Shown in pieces: positions 1-12,945 of a DNA stretch of 64,000 nucleotides. The stretch lies in NCBI RefSeq assembly GCF_050701915.1, contig NZ_JBOGEG010000015.1, positions 9,569-73,568 on the forward strand, written 5' to 3'. A model generated the notes under the pieces. That model saw nothing but the letters and a program-made list of their open reading frames with translations. It was not told where the DNA came from and did no database searches. How positions within the stretch are numbered: position 1 is the stretch's first letter; each line of letters begins with the position of its first letter. Source of the DNA: Glutamicibacter sp. (GTDB taxonomy: Bacteria; Actinomycetota; Actinomycetes; Actinomycetales; Micrococcaceae). The translations under genes were made by a program, and so were the position numbers.

Positions 1-35
1 CTGTTGACGCGAACGTAACCCGCGTTGAGGCCTAA
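1..35 (+). CDS. rplA: 3' end of upstream ORF, probably ribosomal protein L1 (partial)
   Basis: Frame 3 reads ..VDANVTRVEA with stop at 33-35. Position directly upstream of rplJ-rplL fits the conserved rplKA-rplJL synteny. Only 10 codons are visible, so identity rests on context. Confidence 0.35.
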   Translation, partial: VDANVTRVEA

Positions 36-57
36 GTCTAGTAGCTAACTAGCTTGA

Positions 58-96
58 GGGAGCATGCCGATTTTCGGTATGCTCCCTTACCTTTTA
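58..96 (+). terminator. Intrinsic terminator after the upstream (rplA-like) ORF
   Basis: 12-bp stem GGGAGCATGCCG(58-69)/CGGTATGCTCCC(75-86) with one G.U pair, followed by T-rich TTACCTTTT. Confidence 0.7.
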
Positions 97-593
97 AGGC
101 AGCACTCCATGCGATGGCCCCGGCCGCAGAAAAAGCGCATTCATGTTTCATGCCGACCGGTAGCCGATGATAAGCTTTGACTACCGAGTATTTCGGTCAT
201 CCGCGTATGGATCCCCCAAGGCCCTACGCGGATGAGATACGGAAGTTTCCCCAAAGCTTTTGTATCGGCGGGACTCACTACCCGCGTTCCCCAAGCGCTG
301 GTAATTGAGTCCCGCCATTCCAATTTGAATCCACTAGTGACCAGGATCATGAGATTGGCTCCGGCATTGATTTGCTGTGGACTGGACTGCTCCTATAAAC
401 TAGAACTACCGAAGACCGTCGGTTGAACATTTGGTTTCCAACTGTTCCTAAAGATCCGCAAGGATGACCAACGCAGGTTACATAGATTTTTTGACTTTGA
501 ATAAGTTGAAACGCCCTGTGCTCCTGCGCGGGGCTATTTTTATGGCCTCGCCGGTTTTGAAACGGTACCGAACAAATCCCCGGAAGGAGTGTT

Positions 594-1115
594 ATGGCAA
601 CCCCAAGCAAGACTGCAGCGATTGAAGAAATCACTACGGAATTCAACGATTCGTCGGCGGCTGTCTTGACCGAATACCGTGGGCTTACCGTTGCACAGCT
701 CAAGGATCTGCGCCGCTCGCTTGGTCAGGAGACCAAGTACGCAGTTGTAAAGAACACCTTGACCGCAATCGCAGCGAAGAACGCCGGCATCGATGCATTC
801 GATGATCAGCTTTCTGGTCCAACCGCAATCGCCTTCATTAAGGGCGACGCAGTTGCTGCCGCTAAGAGCCTCACGGAATTCGCCAAGACTAACGAGCAGC
901 TGGTCATCAAGACCGGTTGGTTCGAAGGCAAGGCACTGGACCAGAGCGGCATCGCTGCTTTGGCTGCGCTGGAATCCCGCGAAACTCAGCTCGCCCGCGT
1001 TGCAGCAGTGCTGCTGGCTCCAGCTTCCGCTGCTGCCCGCGCTGTCGAAGCTCTGCGTGCAAAGCTCGAAGAGAACGGTGGCGAAGCTGCCGAGGAAGCT
1101 CCGGCAGAAGCCTAA
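594..1115 (+). CDS. rplJ: 50S ribosomal protein L10
   Basis: 173-aa ORF. GGAAGGAG Shine-Dalgarno 6 nt upstream of the ATG. N-terminus KTAAIEEITTEFNDSSAAVLTEYRGLTVAQLKDLR is typical of L10. Followed by rplL. Confidence 0.95.
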   Translation: MATPSKTAAIEEITTEFNDSSAAVLTEYRGLTVAQLKDLRRSLGQETKYAVVKNTLTAIAAKNAGIDAFDDQLSGPTAIAFIKGDAVAAAKSLTEFAKTNEQLVIKTGWFEGKALDQSGIAALAALESRETQLARVAAVLLAPASAAARAVEALRAKLEENGGEAAEEAPAEA

Positions 1116-1188
1116 GCTTTCGAGTTCTCTCGCAACGTAAACCCAAATTCATCGGCCCTCAAGGCCAAAAACCGAAAGGACGCCCACC

Positions 1189-1563
1189 ATGGCGAAGCTC
1201 AGCAACGAAGAGCTGCTTTCCGCATTCAAGGAAATGACCATCATCGAACTGTCCGAGTTCGTTAAGGAATTCGAAGAGACCTTCGACGTAACCGCTGCTG
1301 CTGTTGCAGTTGCTGGTCCAGCTGCAGGCGGCGAAGCTGCTGCTGAAGAGAAGACCGAATTCGACGTAGTCCTCGAATCGGCTGGCGACAAGAAGATCGC
1401 AGTTATCAAGGAAGTTCGCGCACTGACTTCCCTGGGCCTGAAGGAAGCCAAGGAGCTCGTTGACGCTGCTCCAAAGGCTCTGCTTGAGGGTGTTGCAAAG
1501 GACGCTGCCGAGAAGGCCAAGGAAGCTCTGGAAGCTGCCGGCGCTACCGTCACCGTTAAGTAA
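1189..1563 (+). CDS. rplL: 50S ribosomal protein L7/L12
   Basis: 124 aa. Ala/Glu-rich hinge plus C-terminal domain [31 protein letters not shown]. Confidence 0.97.
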   Translation: MAKLSNEELLSAFKEMTIIELSEFVKEFEETFDVTAAAVAVAGPAAGGEAAAEEKTEFDVVLESAGDKKIAVIKEVRALTSLGLKEAKELVDAAPKALLEGVAKDAAEKAKEALEAAGATVTVK

Positions 1564-1588
1564 GTTCAGCGGTCACTCGCAACTTATT

Positions 1589-1627
1589 GCCAAAGGTCCA
1601 CAGACGAAAGTCTGTGGGCCTTTGGCC
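1589..1627 (+). terminator. Stem-loop terminator after rplL
   Basis: About 18-bp stem GCCAAAGGTCCACAGAC / GTCTGTGGGCCTTTGGC with GAAA tetraloop. No clear T-tract follows. Confidence 0.6.
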
Positions 1628-1710
1628 GTTAAGCTGGGGAGTCCATAGCAATTGTTTTATAACGTTTCTATTAACAGCGTTTATTCAAGTTCATTGTTTA
1701 CAGTGAAAAT

Positions 1711-2880
1711 GTGTCAAAAACCGTAGCTACCCAGAACCAGAAACCAGCACCGCGGCTAGGGCTCCTAGACGCATTGAGGATTACAGCTGCGCTCATTGTC
1801 GTTCTCTACCACTACACCGCATGGGGACATGACCACTGGGGGAGGCAGGCCTCGGAATTCTGGCCGGTTCTCTCCGAATTCACCCGCTACGGACAGCTGG
1901 GTGTGCAGCTATTCTTCCTGATATCGGGCTTCGTTATCCTGATGTCCCTCCAGGGAAAGAACGTCATTGGTTTCATCGGCTCGCGCGTGGGCCGGCTCTA
2001 CCCGGCCTACTGGCTCGCGGTACTCGCAGCGACAGTACTCTCGCTTGGGATCTGGCCCTCGGGCAACGAAGGACGCTCGGCCAGCGATATTCTGCCCAAC
2101 CTGAGCATGATGCAGGCAGGATTCGGCGTCACCGATATGGACGGTGTCTATTGGACCCTTTGGGTCGAGCTGCGTTTCTACGTGCTGCTCGCCGTGCTCT
2201 TGTCCATGGGCTTCGTGAAGAACAAGCACATCCTCTTGCTCTCGGCCATCTGGCCTGTCTTGGGCCTATACCTGCATTTCACGAGCATGGACGAACTGCA
2301 GGAATGGATTGCCGGGCAGTACGCGGCACTGTTCGCAGCCGGCATGGTGCTCTTCTTGATCTATCAAAGCGGCCACAGCATTCTGCGTTGGTCCATGGTC
2401 GCAGGCAATACCGCCATCGCTGCATTCTTCACCGGCATCAAGGGACGCACCGACGCGGACTTGCTCTCGGGCATGGACATCCCGGCCTGGCATTTCCAGC
2501 TGCTGACAGTACTGTGCGTATTGCTGCTTGCAGTATGCGCCTTGACCCCGCTCAAGAATGTCCAGGGCAAATGGCTGGCTGTGGCCGGTTCGCTGACCTA
2601 CCCGCTGTACCTGGTACACCAGTTGTGGGGCTGGTGGCTGATCAACCAGCTGCATGGCGTTGTGAACAAGTACGTGCTGCTGGCCGGTTTGCTGGTGCTG
2701 ATGCTTGGAATCGCCTACCTGGTGGCACGCTTCGTCGAGCAACCGCTGGGCTTGCCGCTGCGCAACGCTACGATCAAGGGATTGACCAAGGCCCACGCCT
2801 GGGCCAAGAAGGCATTGGCTAAGCCAGGGCTGGTTATTCCAGAGTCGAAATATCGGCAATCGTGGCATCAAATCCGCTAA
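1711..2880 (+). CDS. Acyltransferase family 3 (OafA/YrhL-like) integral membrane protein
   Basis: 389 aa with GTG start. N-terminal LDALRITAALIVVLYHY motif typical of acyltransferase_3. About 10 hydrophobic helices. AT-rich upstream region 1630-1710. Confidence 0.8.
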   Translation: MSKTVATQNQKPAPRLGLLDALRITAALIVVLYHYTAWGHDHWGRQASEFWPVLSEFTRYGQLGVQLFFLISGFVILMSLQGKNVIGFIGSRVGRLYPAYWLAVLAATVLSLGIWPSGNEGRSASDILPNLSMMQAGFGVTDMDGVYWTLWVELRFYVLLAVLLSMGFVKNKHILLLSAIWPVLGLYLHFTSMDELQEWIAGQYAALFAAGMVLFLIYQSGHSILRWSMVAGNTAIAAFFTGIKGRTDADLLSGMDIPAWHFQLLTVLCVLLLAVCALTPLKNVQGKWLAVAGSLTYPLYLVHQLWGWWLINQLHGVVNKYVLLAGLLVLMLGIAYLVARFVEQPLGLPLRNATIKGLTKAHAWAKKALAKPGLVIPESKYRQSWHQIR

Positions 2881-3331
2881 CCAGATCCTTGGCGCGAACA
2901 AGCAGTCCATGAGCACGATCCCCGCTGCCCAGTCCTATCTGTTCCGGTACGGGCTCTTCGAATACGCTGGCATCGATGTAAACCGGCAGCACCGTGTGTG
3001 AGCCAAAGGGCGTAATGGTTCCGCTCTCGTAGTGCGTGACATCCCAGGCGATATCGGATGATGGCAGGGAGAGCTTATTGACCCCCATGGCGCCACGCAG
3101 CTTCGCCCAATCGAGTTTCCGCCCACCGGGAATGAGCGCGAAAACGAAGGTGCCGTCCGCGCGTTTGATAACCAGCGTCTTGAGCAATGCCGAGGCCGAG
3201 ATGCCCAAGGCGTCCGCAGCTTCTTCCAGCGAGCGGACCTTGTCGCGCGGCACAATCTCGATGGGGATGTTCCGGCGCGAGGCGTCCAGGGTAACTCGGG
3301 TCAGTGCTTCATCTGACTGCAGCTTATTCAC
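2834..3331 (-). CDS. YbaK/ProX-type aminoacyl-tRNA deacylase domain protein
   Basis: 165 aa, GTG start preceded by GGAGAC. LKTLVIK..ALIPGGRKLDWAKL..TGTITPFG pattern matches the YbaK/EbsC editing domain. Its 3' end overlaps the convergent acyltransferase gene by 47 nt. Confidence 0.7.
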   Translation of the reverse strand: MNKLQSDEALTRVTLDASRRNIPIEIVPRDKVRSLEEAADALGISASALLKTLVIKRADGTFVFALIPGGRKLDWAKLRGAMGVNKLSLPSSDIAWDVTHYESGTITPFGSHTVLPVYIDASVFEEPVPEQIGLGSGDRAHGLLVRAKDLVSGFDATIADISTLE

Positions 3332-3773
3332 TTCGTCTCCTAACCGTGGATGTTTGCTCGATCATAGCTAGTGGCCACGGAAGAAGCCACCGGACACACG
3401 ACGCCGCGGAAGCTAATATCTGCTGGTGGAGCGCGCTGGTTCAAGGCTCCAAGACGACCGGAAAAAATTGCCAAGAAAGTTCGCCATAGTGCTGAAGCGG
3501 CGAAAAATTGCGGTTTTAGAGGCCTATCGAGGCGGATGTGACAAAACGCATAATCTTGCCCGGTGTTCGGAATCCGGATACCGAGGCCAGCGAGGCCAAG
3601 GGCTTGGCAATGCGCTCGAATCCGCGAAAACTAGGGTGTCAGTTGGGAAAATGCGTGGCCTTCTCGCCGGGCGGTGCAGCCGGGTTTCGCGCCGGAGGTG
3701 TGCTTGGAAACCTGATCGGCGGCCCGTGCGAAAGTGGGGGCGAAAACTATAGCACGAATTTCTGCACCGAGTA

Positions 3774-3802
3774 TCGACAACCGGATTTTCCTCCGGTAGA
3801 GT
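3774..3802 (+). promoter_or_regulatory. Candidate sigma-A type promoter for rpoBC
   Basis: TCGACA (3774-3779), 17-nt spacer, TAGAGT (3797-3802), about 125 nt upstream of the rpoB start. Matches the actinobacterial TANNNT -10 pattern. Not experimentally supported. Confidence 0.35.
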
Positions 3803-3929
3803 AGAAATTTGCGCCTTACTGTTTGCGCGCGCGGCCTTCATATAGCGGTGGGTTCGTGCGGACGAAAAAAGAGGAACTGTCCTATGGCAGGAACCTTAGC
3901 ACGGTAAGCGTTCGGAAACCTGACGGTCT

Positions 3930-7451
<3,522 letters not shown>

Positions 7452-7549
7452 TTTGACGCCCTGCCTGCGCTGAACGTGCAGGCAGCGGCCGAGAATTCAA
7501 CCCTCATTCGTATCGACTTCAGACACCACAGAAGAGAGAAAAGGACCAT

Positions 7550-10500
7550 ATGTCCAACGATTCCTCATTCGGCCTCATGCGAATCAACCTTGCCACCGCG
7601 GATGAAATCCGTGGATGGAGCTACGGCGAGGTAAAGAAGCCGGAAACCATTAACTACCGCACCCTGAAGCCGGAGAAGGACGGTCTTTTCTGCGAAAAGA
7701 TCTTCGGTCCTTCCCGCGACTGGGAATGCTACTGCGGCAAGTACAAGCGCGTGCGCTTCAAGGGCATCATCTGCGAGCGTTGTGGCGTTGAGGTGACCCG
7801 TGCGAACGTTCGTCGTGAGCGCATGGGCCACATCGAGCTTGCAGCTCCAGTGACCCACATCTGGTACTTCAAGGGCGTTCCATCGCGCTTGGGCTACCTG
7901 CTCGATCTGGCTCCGAAGGACCTCGAAAAGGTCATCTACTTCGCTGCCTACATGATCACCGGTGTTGACGAGGCACGTCGCCATGCCGAAATGCCTAACC
8001 TGCAGGCCCAGCACGACCTGGAACTGCGCAACCTTGCGAACAACGCAGAAGCTGACAAGAAGGCTGTCGCAGCCGACTTGGAAGCTGAGCTGGAGCGCAT
8101 GGAAGCAGACGGCGCCAAGAACGCTGAGCTGAACAAGGCTCGCACCCTGGCTGAGAAGACCGTTCTGCAGATCGACAAGCGCGCCAAGGCCGAGGCCGAG
8201 CGCCTGCGTGCGGTCTGGGAACGCTTCAAGGGCCTGAAGGTCGCTGACCTTGAGGGTGACGAAGGACTGTACCGCACCATGCGTGAGAAGTACGGACTGT
8301 TCTTCGAAGGCTCGATGGGTGCAGAAGCAATCCAGAAGCGCCTTGAGAACTTCGATCTGGCGGGCGAAGCTGAAGAGCTGAAGACCATCATCGAAAACGG
8401 CAAGGGCCAGAAGAAGGCTCGCGCCCTCAAGCGCCTGAAGGTTGTCAACGCCTTCTTGGTCAATGGCAACTCGCCTAAGGGCATGGTGCTTGACGCCGTT
8501 CCAGTGATCCCGCCAGAACTGCGCCCAATGGTTCAGCTCGACGGTGGCCGTTTCGCTACTTCGGACCTCAACGACCTGTACCGCCGTGTGATCAACCGCA
8601 ACAACCGCCTCAAGCGCCTGCTTGATCTCGGTGCGCCAGAGATCATCGTGAACAACGAAAAGCGCATGATGCAGGAAGCTGTTGACTCGCTGTTCGATAA
8701 CGGCCGTCGTGGCCGTCCGGTGACCGGTCCAGGTAACCGCCCGCTGAAGTCCCTGAGCGACATGCTCAAGGGCAAGCAGGGTCGTTTCCGTCAGAACCTG
8801 CTTGGCAAGCGCGTTGACTACTCGGGCCGTTCGGTCATCGTGGTCGGCCCGCAGCTGAAGCTGCACCAGTGTGGTCTGCCAAAGCAGATGGCCCTGGAGC
8901 TCTTCAAGCCTTTCGTGATGAAGCGCCTGGTTGACCTCAACCACGCACAGAACATCAAGTCGGCTAAGCGCATGGTCGAGCGTTACCGTCCACAGGTTTG
9001 GGATGTTCTCGAAGAGATCATCACCGAGCACCCGGTGCTGCTGAACCGTGCACCTACCCTGCACCGCTTGGGCATCCAGGCCTTCGAACCACAGCTGATC
9101 GAAGGCAAGGCCCTGCAGCTGCACCCATTGGTTTGCGGCGCGTTCAACGCTGACTTCGACGGCGACCAGATGGCAGTTCACCTGCCGCTGAGCCCCGAAG
9201 CGCAGGCTGAAGCTCGCATCTTGATGCTGTCCTCGCACAACATCTTGAAGCCTTCCGATGGCCGCCCAGTGGCACAGCCTTCGCAGGATATGATCATCGG
9301 CTTGCACCACTTGACCACCAAGCGTGCAACCGAAAAGGGCGCCGGCCGCGTGTTCGCTACCGTATCTGAGGCCATCATGGCCAAGGACCTGGGCGAACTG
9401 CACCTGAACGCACCGATCAAGGTCCGCGTGGAGAACTTCGTTCCTTCCGCAGACCAGCCAGCCCCTGAGGGCTGGGAGCCAGGTACCCCAGCACTGCTGG
9501 ATACCTCGCTTGGCCAGGTGCTGTTCAACGACACCCTGCCTGGGGACTACCCATGGGTAGCCACCGTGGCTGGCAAGGATGCGCTCTCGGAGATCGTCAA
9601 CGATCTGGCAGAGCGCTACCCGAAGATCATTGCCGCCGCTACCCTGGATAACCTGAAGGACGCCGGTTTCTACTGGTCGACCCGCTCGGGTGTCACCGTG
9701 GCGATCTCGGACATTACCTCGAACATGGATAAGGCAGCCATCTTGGCTCCTTACGAGGTAAAGGCCGCCAAGGTCCAGGCTTCCTACGACAAGGGCCTGA
9801 TTGCAGATACCGAGCGCCGCCAGGACCTGATCGACATCTGGACCAAGGCTACCGACGAGGTTGCCGAGGCGATGAAGAACGGCATGGAAGAGCTGAACAC
9901 CATTAACCGAATGGTGACTTCCAAGGCTCGTGGTAACTACCTGCAACTGCGTCAGATCGCGGGTATCCGTGGTCTGGTGTCCAACCCTAAGGGTGAAATC
10001 ATTCCTCGCCCGATCAAGTCTTCCTACCGTGAAGGCCTGTCGGTTCTGGAGTACTTCATCGCGACCCACGGCGCCCGTAAGGGCCTGGCGGATACCGCGC
10101 TGAAGACCGCTAACTCGGGTTACCTGACCCGTCGTCTGGTGGACGTTTCGCAGGACGTTATCGTTCGCGAAGAGGACTGCGGCACCAAGCGCGGCTTGAC
10201 CGTTGCCATTGCGGATAACTCTGCTGGCATCCGCGTCAAGCACGAGACCGTCGAGAACTCGGCGTACACCCGTACGCTGGCTACCGATGTCAAGAACGCC
10301 GAAGGCACCGTACTGGCTACCGCCGGTTCGGATGTCGGCGACGTGCTGATCGACGAGCTGTACGCTGCAGGCGTGGACGAGATCCGCGTTCGCTCCGTGC
10401 TGACCTGCGACTCGGCTGTTGGAACCTGTGCACTGTGCTACGGCCGTTCGCTGGCCAGCGGCAAGACCGTGGACATCGGCGAGGCTGTGGGCATTATCGC

Positions 10501-11440
10501 CGCGCAGTCCATCGGCGAGCCTGGTACCCAGCTGACCATGCGTACCTTCCACACCGGTGGTGTTGCGTCGGCTGACGATATCACCCAGGGTCTGCCTCGT
10601 ATCCAGGAACTGTTCGAAGCCCGTACCCCTAAGGGTGTGGCTCCGATGTCCGAGGTTTCCGGTCGCGTGTCGATCGAAGACGACGAGAAGCAGCTGCGTG
10701 TTGTAGTCACTCCAGACAACGGCGACGAGAAGCAGGCCTACCCGGTTCTGCGTCGTGCCCGCCTGTTGGTTGAAGAGGGCGAAAGCATCATTGCCGGTAC
10801 CCAGCTCACCAGCGGTACCTTGGATCCGAAGCAGGTTCTTCGAGTCCTCGGCCCGCGTGAGGCACAGAAGTTCCTGGTCCGCGAGGTCCAGGACGTGTAC
10901 CAGTCCCAGGGTGTAGGCATCCACGATAAGCACGTGGAAGTCATCGTCCGCCAGATGCTGCGCCGCGTCACCGTCATCGAGTCCGGCGAGACCGACTTGC
11001 TGCCAGGCGAGTTGGCCGATCGTTCGCGCTTCACCGCTGCGAACCGCAAGGCCGTCTCGGAAGGCAAGCGTCCAGCTGCCGGCCGTGACGAGCTGATGGG
11101 CATCACCAAGGCCTCGCTGGCCACCGATTCGTGGTTGTCGGCTGCTTCCTTCCAGGAAACCACCCGCGTCCTGACTCAGGCTGCGATGGAAGGCAAGGAA
11201 GACCCACTGCGCGGTCTGAAGGAAAACGTGATCATCGGTAAGCTGATCCCGGCCGGTACCGGTCTGGATCGCTACACCCAGGTCAACGTCGAGCCAACCG
11301 ATGAAGCAAAGGCGACTTTGTTCACCGGCACCTCGGCCTTCTCCTCGGGCCTGTACGACGATGCGCTGGAAGGCGGGCTGTCGCCTGAATTCCGTGCCAT
11401 CTCGATGGACGACTACGATCACGGCTCGGACTTCCGCTAA
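7550..11440 (+). CDS. rpoC: DNA-directed RNA polymerase subunit beta'
   Basis: 1296 aa. Catalytic [16 protein letters not shown] motif and zinc-binding [23 protein letters not shown]. Confidence 0.98.
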   Translation: MSNDSSFGLMRINLATADEIRGWSYGEVKKPETINYRTLKPEKDGLFCEKIFGPSRDWECYCGKYKRVRFKGIICERCGVEVTRANVRRERMGHIELAAPVTHIWYFKGVPSRLGYLLDLAPKDLEKVIYFAAYMITGVDEARRHAEMPNLQAQHDLELRNLANNAEADKKAVAADLEAELERMEADGAKNAELNKARTLAEKTVLQIDKRAKAEAERLRAVWERFKGLKVADLEGDEGLYRTMREKYGLFFEGSMGAEAIQKRLENFDLAGEAEELKTIIENGKGQKKARALKRLKVVNAFLVNGNSPKGMVLDAVPVIPPELRPMVQLDGGRFATSDLNDLYRRVINRNNRLKRLLDLGAPEIIVNNEKRMMQEAVDSLFDNGRRGRPVTGPGNRPLKSLSDMLKGKQGRFRQNLLGKRVDYSGRSVIVVGPQLKLHQCGLPKQMALELFKPFVMKRLVDLNHAQNIKSAKRMVERYRPQVWDVLEEIITEHPVLLNRAPTLHRLGIQAFEPQLIEGKALQLHPLVCGAFNADFDGDQMAVHLPLSPEAQAEARILMLSSHNILKPSDGRPVAQPSQDMIIGLHHLTTKRATEKGAGRVFATVSEAIMAKDLGELHLNAPIKVRVENFVPSADQPAPEGWEPGTPALLDTSLGQVLFNDTLPGDYPWVATVAGKDALSEIVNDLAERYPKIIAAATLDNLKDAGFYWSTRSGVTVAISDITSNMDKAAILAPYEVKAAKVQASYDKGLIADTERRQDLIDIWTKATDEVAEAMKNGMEELNTINRMVTSKARGNYLQLRQIAGIRGLVSNPKGEIIPRPIKSSYREGLSVLEYFIATHGARKGLADTALKTANSGYLTRRLVDVSQDVIVREEDCGTKRGLTVAIADNSAGIRVKHETVENSAYTRTLATDVKNAEGTVLATAGSDVGDVLIDELYAAGVDEIRVRSVLTCDSAVGTCALCYGRSLASGKTVDIGEAVGIIAAQSIGEPGTQLTMRTFHTGGVASADDITQGLPRIQELFEARTPKGVAPMSEVSGRVSIEDDEKQLRVVVTPDNGDEKQAYPVLRRARLLVEEGESIIAGTQLTSGTLDPKQVLRVLGPREAQKFLVREVQDVYQSQGVGIHDKHVEVIVRQMLRRVTVIESGETDLLPGELADRSRFTAANRKAVSEGKRPAAGRDELMGITKASLATDSWLSAASFQETTRVLTQAAMEGKEDPLRGLKENVIIGKLIPAGTGLDRYTQVNVEPTDEAKATLFTGTSAFSSGLYDDALEGGLSPEFRAISMDDYDHGSDFR

Positions 11441-11472
11441 ACCGGAAGCCCTGGCACCGTAAGGTAGTTTGA

Positions 11473-11516
11473 CCCAATGCCTGCCCGCACACTGTGCGGG
11501 CAGGCATTGGGCGTTT
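11473..11516 (+). terminator. Terminator hairpin after rpoC
   Basis: Perfect 17-bp stem CCCAATGCCTGCCCGCA / TGCGGGCAGGCATTGGG (11473-11511) followed by CGTTT. Confidence 0.75.
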
Positions 11517-11809
11517 AACCCCGGAAGTTCTCCGTGATCTGCGCGCTGGGGCAAACGCGCAGCCAGGGGGAGAGGATATTAGTAGATTGATCGCCTGGGA
11601 GATTTAGTATCCAGTATTTGCCCGGAGCGCATCCGCCGGCAAGCAGGCAGCGGCCAGCCGCGGATTCAGGTGGTTTTCACCTGGTGGCCCCACGGCGTTC
11701 AGCTGGGGCCGGTAGCGTAGTCACTACCCAAACCGTCTCGATGGCGGCGGGGGCCAAGGGTGGCCGGTCGGTGAGATAGCTTACTGTACGTGGTGGCTCG
11801 GTGGATTAA

Positions 11810-11818
11810 TGCTAGACT
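11810..11818 (+). promoter_or_regulatory. Candidate extended -10 promoter element for the rpsL operon
   Basis: TGcTAGACT (TGn + TANNNT) about 210 nt upstream of the rpsL start. The -35 is weak (GTGGTG). Confidence 0.3.
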
Positions 11819-12031
11819 GAGATCAATTGTTTTATGTGTGGCAAAATGGACTCCGTCCGGGTTGCGGGTAGGTTGCGCAACGAATGCCACACTTTCGCAC
11901 GCCTAGGGACTTTTGATTCTGAGTGGGCGGTAAAGCAAGCAGCTAGCTACATTGCGAAGCGCTAAAACTTTTCTAGGCTTAGGCGTTTTCGTCGTGTTGC
12001 CGAAGAACTTAGACAATGGAAGGACACGAAA

Positions 12032-12406
12032 GTGCCTACTATTCAGCAGCTGGTCCGCAAGGGCCGCTCGCCTAAGGTCGTCAAGACCAAGGCCCCTGCC
12101 CTTAAGGGCAACCCAATGCGCCGTGGCGTGTGCACCCGTGTGTACACCACCACCCCGAAGAAGCCAAACTCGGCTCTGCGTAAGGTCGCACGTGTGCGCC
12201 TTGCCGGTGGCATCGAAGTTACCGCTTACATTCCAGGTGTCGGACACAACCTGCAGGAACACTCCATCGTGCTCGTTCGCGGTGGTCGTGTAAAGGACCT
12301 TCCAGGTGTTCGCTACAAGATTGTTCGTGGTGCTCTGGATACCCAGGGTGTGAAGGATCGTAAGCAGGCTCGTTCCCGCTACGGTGCAAAGAAGGATGGT
12401 AAGTAA
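12032..12406 (+). CDS. rpsL: 30S ribosomal protein S12
   Basis: 124 aa, GTG start. [42 protein letters not shown]. Confidence 0.98.
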   Translation: MPTIQQLVRKGRSPKVVKTKAPALKGNPMRRGVCTRVYTTTPKKPNSALRKVARVRLAGGIEVTAYIPGVGHNLQEHSIVLVRGGRVKDLPGVRYKIVRGALDTQGVKDRKQARSRYGAKKDGK

Positions 12407-12876
12407 TGCCTCGTAAGGGTCCGGCGCCAAAGCGCCCACTAGTTTCTGATCCAGTCTTCGACTCCCCATTGGTCACCCAGTTGATCAACAAGGTTCTCGT
12501 AGACGGCAAGAAGTCCACTGCAGAGCGCATTGTTTACGGTGCACTCGAAGGTGCCGCAGCAAAGTCCGGCGCCGACGCTGTTTCGACCCTCAAGAAGGCC
12601 ATGGACAACATCCGTCCAGCCCTCGAGGTTCGTTCCCGCCGTGTCGGTGGCGCTACCTACCAGGTTCCTGTTGAGGTCAAGCCAGGCCGTGCAACCGCAC
12701 TGGCTCTGCGCTGGCTGGTTGGCTACTCGAAGGCTCGCCGCGAGAAGACCATGATCGAACGTTTGATGAACGAGATCCTGGACGCATCGAACGGTCTGGG
12801 TGCCGCTGTGAAGCGTCGCGAAGACACTCACAAGATGGCCGAGTCCAACAAGGCCTTCGCACACTACCGCTGGTAA
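12406..12876 (+). CDS. rpsG: 30S ribosomal protein S7
   Basis: 156 aa. The ATG overlaps the rpsL stop (TAATG). [24 protein letters not shown]. Confidence 0.98.
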   Translation: MPRKGPAPKRPLVSDPVFDSPLVTQLINKVLVDGKKSTAERIVYGALEGAAAKSGADAVSTLKKAMDNIRPALEVRSRRVGGATYQVPVEVKPGRATALALRWLVGYSKARREKTMIERLMNEILDASNGLGAAVKRREDTHKMAESNKAFAHYRW

Positions 12877-12945
12877 GAACCGCTCGGAAAAGCTGGGCAT
12901 CAACCGATGCCCAGCAATTCCGGCCTCACCTTATAGGGAGACAAC

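Noticed and set aside
197-316. Direct identification of the C-rich-loop hairpins as the actinobacterial 6C RNA
   Set aside because: As I remember it, 6C has loops with six or more consecutive C residues and a different genomic context. Here the runs are only 4-5 C. I keep it only as an analogy in the finding.
321-345. tRNA-like TTGAATCC word (resembles the T-loop GTTCGAATC)
   Set aside because: The flanking 5-nt segments are not complementary, so there is no T-stem. No acceptor or anticodon arms could be drawn.
141-703. ORFs of 64-118 aa in the rplA-rplJ spacer (141-350 -, 232-426 +, 347-703 -) and a possible ~51-codon uORF from ATG 464 running into rplJ
   Set aside because: They have no RBS, no recognisable protein features and atypical composition, and one overlaps the rplJ start in antisense. 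The region is better explained as structured RNA or leader.
11699-12469. Minus-strand ORFs (63 aa and 188 aa) in and around the rpsL leader
   Set aside because: One overlaps rpsL in antisense, and neither has any motif. The region is the rpsL operon promoter/leader.
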